Shown here one piece after another: positions 61,105 to 64,000 of a stretch of DNA of 64,000 nt. Under the pieces are notes generated by a model that did no database searches, had not been told where the DNA came from, and saw only the letters and a list, made by a program, of their open reading frames with translations. Source of the stretch: Chloroflexia bacterium (GTDB lineage Bacteria; Chloroflexota; Chloroflexia; Thermomicrobiales; UBA6265). The stretch is from contig JBHWTK010000026.1 of assembly GCA_043427975.1 (NCBI GenBank), positions 915 to 64,914 on the forward strand, given 5' to 3'. The position numbers and the translations under genes were made by a program. Positions within the stretch are counted from its first letter, which is position 1; every line of letters starts with the position of its first letter.

Positions 61105-61211
61105 GTAGGGGCGGATCCGGTTCGCAAACCGATATCCGCCCTTTTCAACCCGCCGGAATTTCGTGGTGGGATCATACGGGCGGATACCGGCGTTGCCGGA
61201 TCCGCCCCTAC
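61105..61211. repeat. REPIN-like element with perfect 16-nt terminal inverted repeats
   Basis: GTAGGGGCGGATCCGG (61105-20) and CCGGATCCGCCCCTAC (61196-211). Each half forms a GGGCGGAT...ATCCGCCC hairpin. Confidence 0.85.
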
Positions 61212-61259
61212 AAAAATCGTCTCCGGCCGGTAATCGGCCATTGGTCGGCTAATACGGTT

Positions 61260-61802
61260 CTATTCGTATGTCTCGTACCGCACCAACTCTTCCAGCGGCA
61301 GGCGGCCGGGTTTGGGGCCGGTGGGGCGGGGATCCTTGCTGGTCACGAACGGGCCGATAGCCACCAGGCTCCGCAGTGTTTTGCCCTCCGGCACGTTCAG
61401 CAGCGCCTTCGCCTTCGCCTCGCGTTCCGGCTCGCCGAACCAGGCGGTGCCGGCACCAAGACCCAGCATGCTGGCCGCAATCATCAACCGCTCGGTGACG
61501 CGACCTTCATCGTACGCCTCGTGCTGCAGGTTCTGGCCCGGGCTCACCAGCCCGATTGCCAGGGCGGCATCGGCCACCCAGGTGATGTTCTCCCGCAGAT
61601 CGGCCAACTGCTTCAGCATGTCTTTATCCCGCACCACCACGAAGCGCCAGGGCTGCGTGTTGCGGCTGGAACCGGTCCAGCGGGCGATCTCCAGCAATTG
61701 GTCCAGGTGCTCATCGGTCACCTCGCCGGGCACGTACTGGCGTACCTGCCGAACCTTGCGCACGGTTTCCAGGGCATCGTTCGTGGAGTTGATATCGGTC
61801 AT
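61260..61802 (-). CDS. Nitroreductase family protein
   Basis: 180 aa. VRQVRQYVPGEVTDEHLDQLLEIARWTGSSRNTQPWRFVVV is the nitroreductase signature. Confidence 0.87.
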   Translation of the reverse strand: MTDINSTNDALETVRKVRQVRQYVPGEVTDEHLDQLLEIARWTGSSRNTQPWRFVVVRDKDMLKQLADLRENITWVADAALAIGLVSPGQNLQHEAYDEGRVTERLMIAASMLGLGAGTAWFGEPEREAKAKALLNVPEGKTLRSLVAIGPFVTSKDPRPTGPKPGRLPLEELVRYETYE

Positions 61803-61817
61803 GGCTGTTGGTCCCTC

Positions 61818-62639
61818 TCAATCGTCGTACGGGATTTGCTCGTTACAGTAGCTCCCATGATACGGGCAATAGCGGCAATACCAACCAGGTGTGGCTTTCC
61901 ACTCGGTTTCACTGGCCATGGCTTCCATTTGGGCGACGATTCCGGGCCAGGCGTGGTTGCAGTGCTCCACGGACACATCCACGTCGTCCGCATAGCCATA
62001 ATCCAGCCAGAACCAGCTAAATTGCACCTGCGCCTCGCTGGCATTGCCGGTCCATTCTTGCAACTTCTGGCGGGTTACATAGCGGTGAATCACCGGGACA
62101 TCCGGCTCGGGACGCACACTGCCGGTTTTCCAGTCGACGATATGAATCACTGGTTTGCCATCATCCATACGGCGACGGAGGATCAAATCCGGTTTGGCGG
62201 TGAGCCGGTAGGGTGCCCTGGCGGGGAACAGCGAAACCTCGCGGTATTCCTGGGACTCGATCAGCAGCCAGCCTTCCACATCATCCAGGCGCTCGAGGTA
62301 GCGCTGGCCCCGCCGAACCCACTGCAACACCAACTCGATATCGGCCTGGCGGGCAGCCTCGCTGGGGTATTCGGGAATGGGAAGCTTCATGCGGGCGCGG
62401 AACCGGATTTCGTCGTCGGTCATAAGCGGGGCACCAACCTTCATCTGGTTGGCGATGGTTCTGAGGGCATCGTGGGTGGAATTGCCCATGGCAAAGGCGC
62501 GAATCCACGTGTCCGGCGGGTCGATGTTATCCAGGTAGCGGAGCCTGTTGCGGTACGGGCACTGCCCAAACGTCTTGAGCGAACTCGGCGACATCACAAT
62601 ACTGTTCGGCCATCGCCTGAGGCGTTCGCTTTCGATCAC
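61818..62639 (-). CDS. PD-(D/E)xK nuclease with Cas4/AddB-like 4-Cys (Fe-S) arrangement
   Basis: N-terminal Cys (FGQCPYRNRLRY); core D...HIVDWKTG (D/ExK); C-terminal CRYCPYHGSYC. 273 aa. Confidence 0.78.
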   Translation of the reverse strand: MIESERLRRWPNSIVMSPSSLKTFGQCPYRNRLRYLDNIDPPDTWIRAFAMGNSTHDALRTIANQMKVGAPLMTDDEIRFRARMKLPIPEYPSEAARQADIELVLQWVRRGQRYLERLDDVEGWLLIESQEYREVSLFPARAPYRLTAKPDLILRRRMDDGKPVIHIVDWKTGSVRPEPDVPVIHRYVTRQKLQEWTGNASEAQVQFSWFWLDYGYADDVDVSVEHCNHAWPGIVAQMEAMASETEWKATPGWYCRYCPYHGSYCNEQIPYDD

Positions 62640-63076
62640 TGCAACATCTCCTGCCAGCTTGCCGGGATCGGGTCAGCCCATCCCAGCCAACAGACCGCAA
62701 ATCCGCCCACCAGGGCGATAACGATGGCCGCAGGGGGTAGCGACCTCCGCGGTACACGCGGCCAAAACGTGAGCGCCAGCGCCGCCAGCATCAGCGGCCA
62801 CAAGGGCATGGAGCCTACAGATTCCAGCCCGAATACCGCCAGCCCGGCGCTCCAGCCTACTGCGTTCCACAGCAGGATCAGCCCGGCGGTATCCAGCACC
62901 GGTACCAGCGCGCCAATCGCCGAAATCATCAACAGCCAGCCGGCAACCACATAGAGCGGGCGCTGCGGGGCGTACTCGATCGTATCCACACGTGTAATCA
63001 GTACCATGCTACCACCTGCAGCCAGCGCGAACAGCGCAGCAATGGCTCCCTGGCGCAGGCGTTGCAGGTCAGGCAT
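62636..63076 (-). CDS. Polytopic membrane protein (about 4-5 TM, 146 aa)
   Basis: Hydrophobic throughout. ATGA-type 4-nt overlap with the nuclease gene and 8-nt overlap with the upstream small ORF. Confidence 0.6.
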   Translation of the reverse strand: MPDLQRLRQGAIAALFALAAGGSMVLITRVDTIEYAPQRPLYVVAGWLLMISAIGALVPVLDTAGLILLWNAVGWSAGLAVFGLESVGSMPLWPLMLAALALTFWPRVPRRSLPPAAIVIALVGGFAVCWLGWADPIPASWQEMLQ

Positions 63077-63287
63077 CGGGGGCTTTCCGAATCTCCATCA
63101 CGGTACGCATCAACATGGTGATGCGGATGCGATCGCCCACCTGCACATCGGTATCAAAGGCATCAGATGGTAGCTGGCACTGGATGATGTTCTCCGGATC
63201 GCCTTCTACTGTGAAGAAGAGCCGGGCATACAGTTGCCCGTGAATGGTGTAATCCTGCCGGCCTTCCAGCGTGCCAAATGAATCCAT
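63069..63287 (-). CDS. Small soluble protein (72 aa)
   Basis: ATG 63287 (MDSFGTLEGRQDYTIHGQLYARLFFTVEG...) is the first ORF of the coupled cassette. No family recognised. Confidence 0.45.
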   Translation of the reverse strand: MDSFGTLEGRQDYTIHGQLYARLFFTVEGDPENIIQCQLPSDAFDTDVQVGDRIRITMLMRTVMEIRKAPDA

Positions 63288-63374
63288 AGCTGCTCCCCAC
63301 TGGAACGTTAAGTTCCCGAAAACGTTGTACCTCTTATCATAGTCGTGATACCGAAAGGCATGGCCGCGGGGTGC

Positions 63375-64000
63375 ATGCCGATACGGGGAGTAGTGAGCGT
63401 GCAACAAACGTGCGGAAACTGCGGAAAACCGGTGAGCGGCAGCGATATCACCTGCCCGCATTGCGATGCACTGCTGGCGGCGTACGCCTCGCCGGCCGGA
63501 TCGGTGTCGAATGGTGCATGGGAATCGTCCGCGCCCATCACCGAAGCAACCCCACCGGCAGGGATGGACGAACCTGCACCGGCAACCCCTATCGAGATCC
63601 CTACCGAGGTTGAAGCGGGATCATCCGCACCGCGGCCACTGTTCGATACCAATGTGACCATCGAGGAACTTCGGGAAGCCGCCGACGGCGAGCAGGATGA
63701 CACCCTGCTGGTGATGGCAGAAGAGCAGGTCGATCCGAAACCAGTAACGTTCGATGGACCGGACTACGCCAAACCGCCGTCGACAGCAGAACCTGTCCCG
63801 GTGATGGAGAATGTCAGCGAGGAGATGATTGCTCGCCCGGCCGAGCCGGCGAAGGCAGCGGCAGCGCCGGATGCAACCAGCGAGAACCCGCCGAGCCTAG
63901 CCAAAGAAGATGTGGCTCCCGCCCGGCCCGTTCGCAAGCAGCCGCCGACTCCTGAAGAGCGACGGGCGCAGGCCGAGCGCGGCCAAACCGAGGAGTACCT
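63375..64000 (+). CDS. Zinc-ribbon protein with long Pro/Ala/Glu-rich region (5' part; runs off the window)
   Basis: Open frame from ATG 63375 (alternatives GTG 63393 or 63399) to the window end. CGNCGKPVSGSDITCPHCDA zinc ribbon. Not in the track because there is no in-window stop. Confidence 0.55.
   Translation, partial: MPIRGVVSVQQTCGNCGKPVSGSDITCPHCDALLAAYASPAGSVSNGAWESSAPITEATPPAGMDEPAPATPIEIPTEVEAGSSAPRPLFDTNVTIEELREAADGEQDDTLLVMAEEQVDPKPVTFDGPDYAKPPSTAEPVPVMENVSEEMIARPAEPAKAAAAPDATSENPPSLAKEDVAPARPVRKQPPTPEERRAQAERGQTEEY

Noticed and set aside
1-64000. tRNA, rRNA, tmRNA or riboswitch genes.
   Set aside because: Intergenic gaps were read for cloverleaf-type T-arm/anticodon patterns and common riboswitch cores, and none was recognisable. 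This is a by-eye scan only, so small ncRNAs cannot be excluded.

Overview
High-GC (~63%) bacterial chromosomal window, tightly packed with about 66 protein-coding genes. I saw no rRNA, tRNA or CRISPR array. All product calls rest on motif and family recognition by eye, because no searches were run. The gene content (LPXTG sorting signal, LCP, VanW, Rv1855c-type LLM oxidoreductase, DinB, short YidC) suggests a monoderm high-GC lineage, Chloroflexota- or Actinomycetota-like, at low confidence.

Housekeeping landmarks: hsp20, ndk, dcd, the pdhABC operon, pxpA with a fused pxpBC, rlmN, rpmH-rnpA-yidD-yidC-jag, a class A PBP, and two ABC exporter genes.

Most notable non-standard content:
1. A 427-bp AT-rich gap at 28.56-28.99 kb carries seven DnaA boxes. 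Gene orientation flips there and the rpmH cluster lies next to it, so it is a likely oriC, with no dnaA in the window.
2. A REP-associated tyrosine transposase (RAYT) is bracketed by REPIN-like doublets. At least five further sequence-distinct repeat families with a 'GTAG + GC hairpin' layout are scattered through intergenic gaps at 30.2, 44.6, 56.2-56.7, 57.5-57.9 and 61.1 kb.
3. An apparently intact but orphan terminase-large-subunit gene is translationally coupled to two small ORFs, with no other phage genes nearby.
4. A perfect Cheo-type LexA box overlaps the promoter of a tiny membrane-protein/MmcQ locus, which is flanked by REP arrays.
5. A four-gene cassette combines a small protein, a membrane protein, a Cas4-like Fe-S PD-(D/E)xK nuclease and a nitroreductase.
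6. Three tandem secreted DUF4352-repeat paralogs sit next to an LPXTG protein with 11 x 24-bp PT repeats.

Many long antisense ORFs in the track are high-GC shadow ORFs and were rejected.
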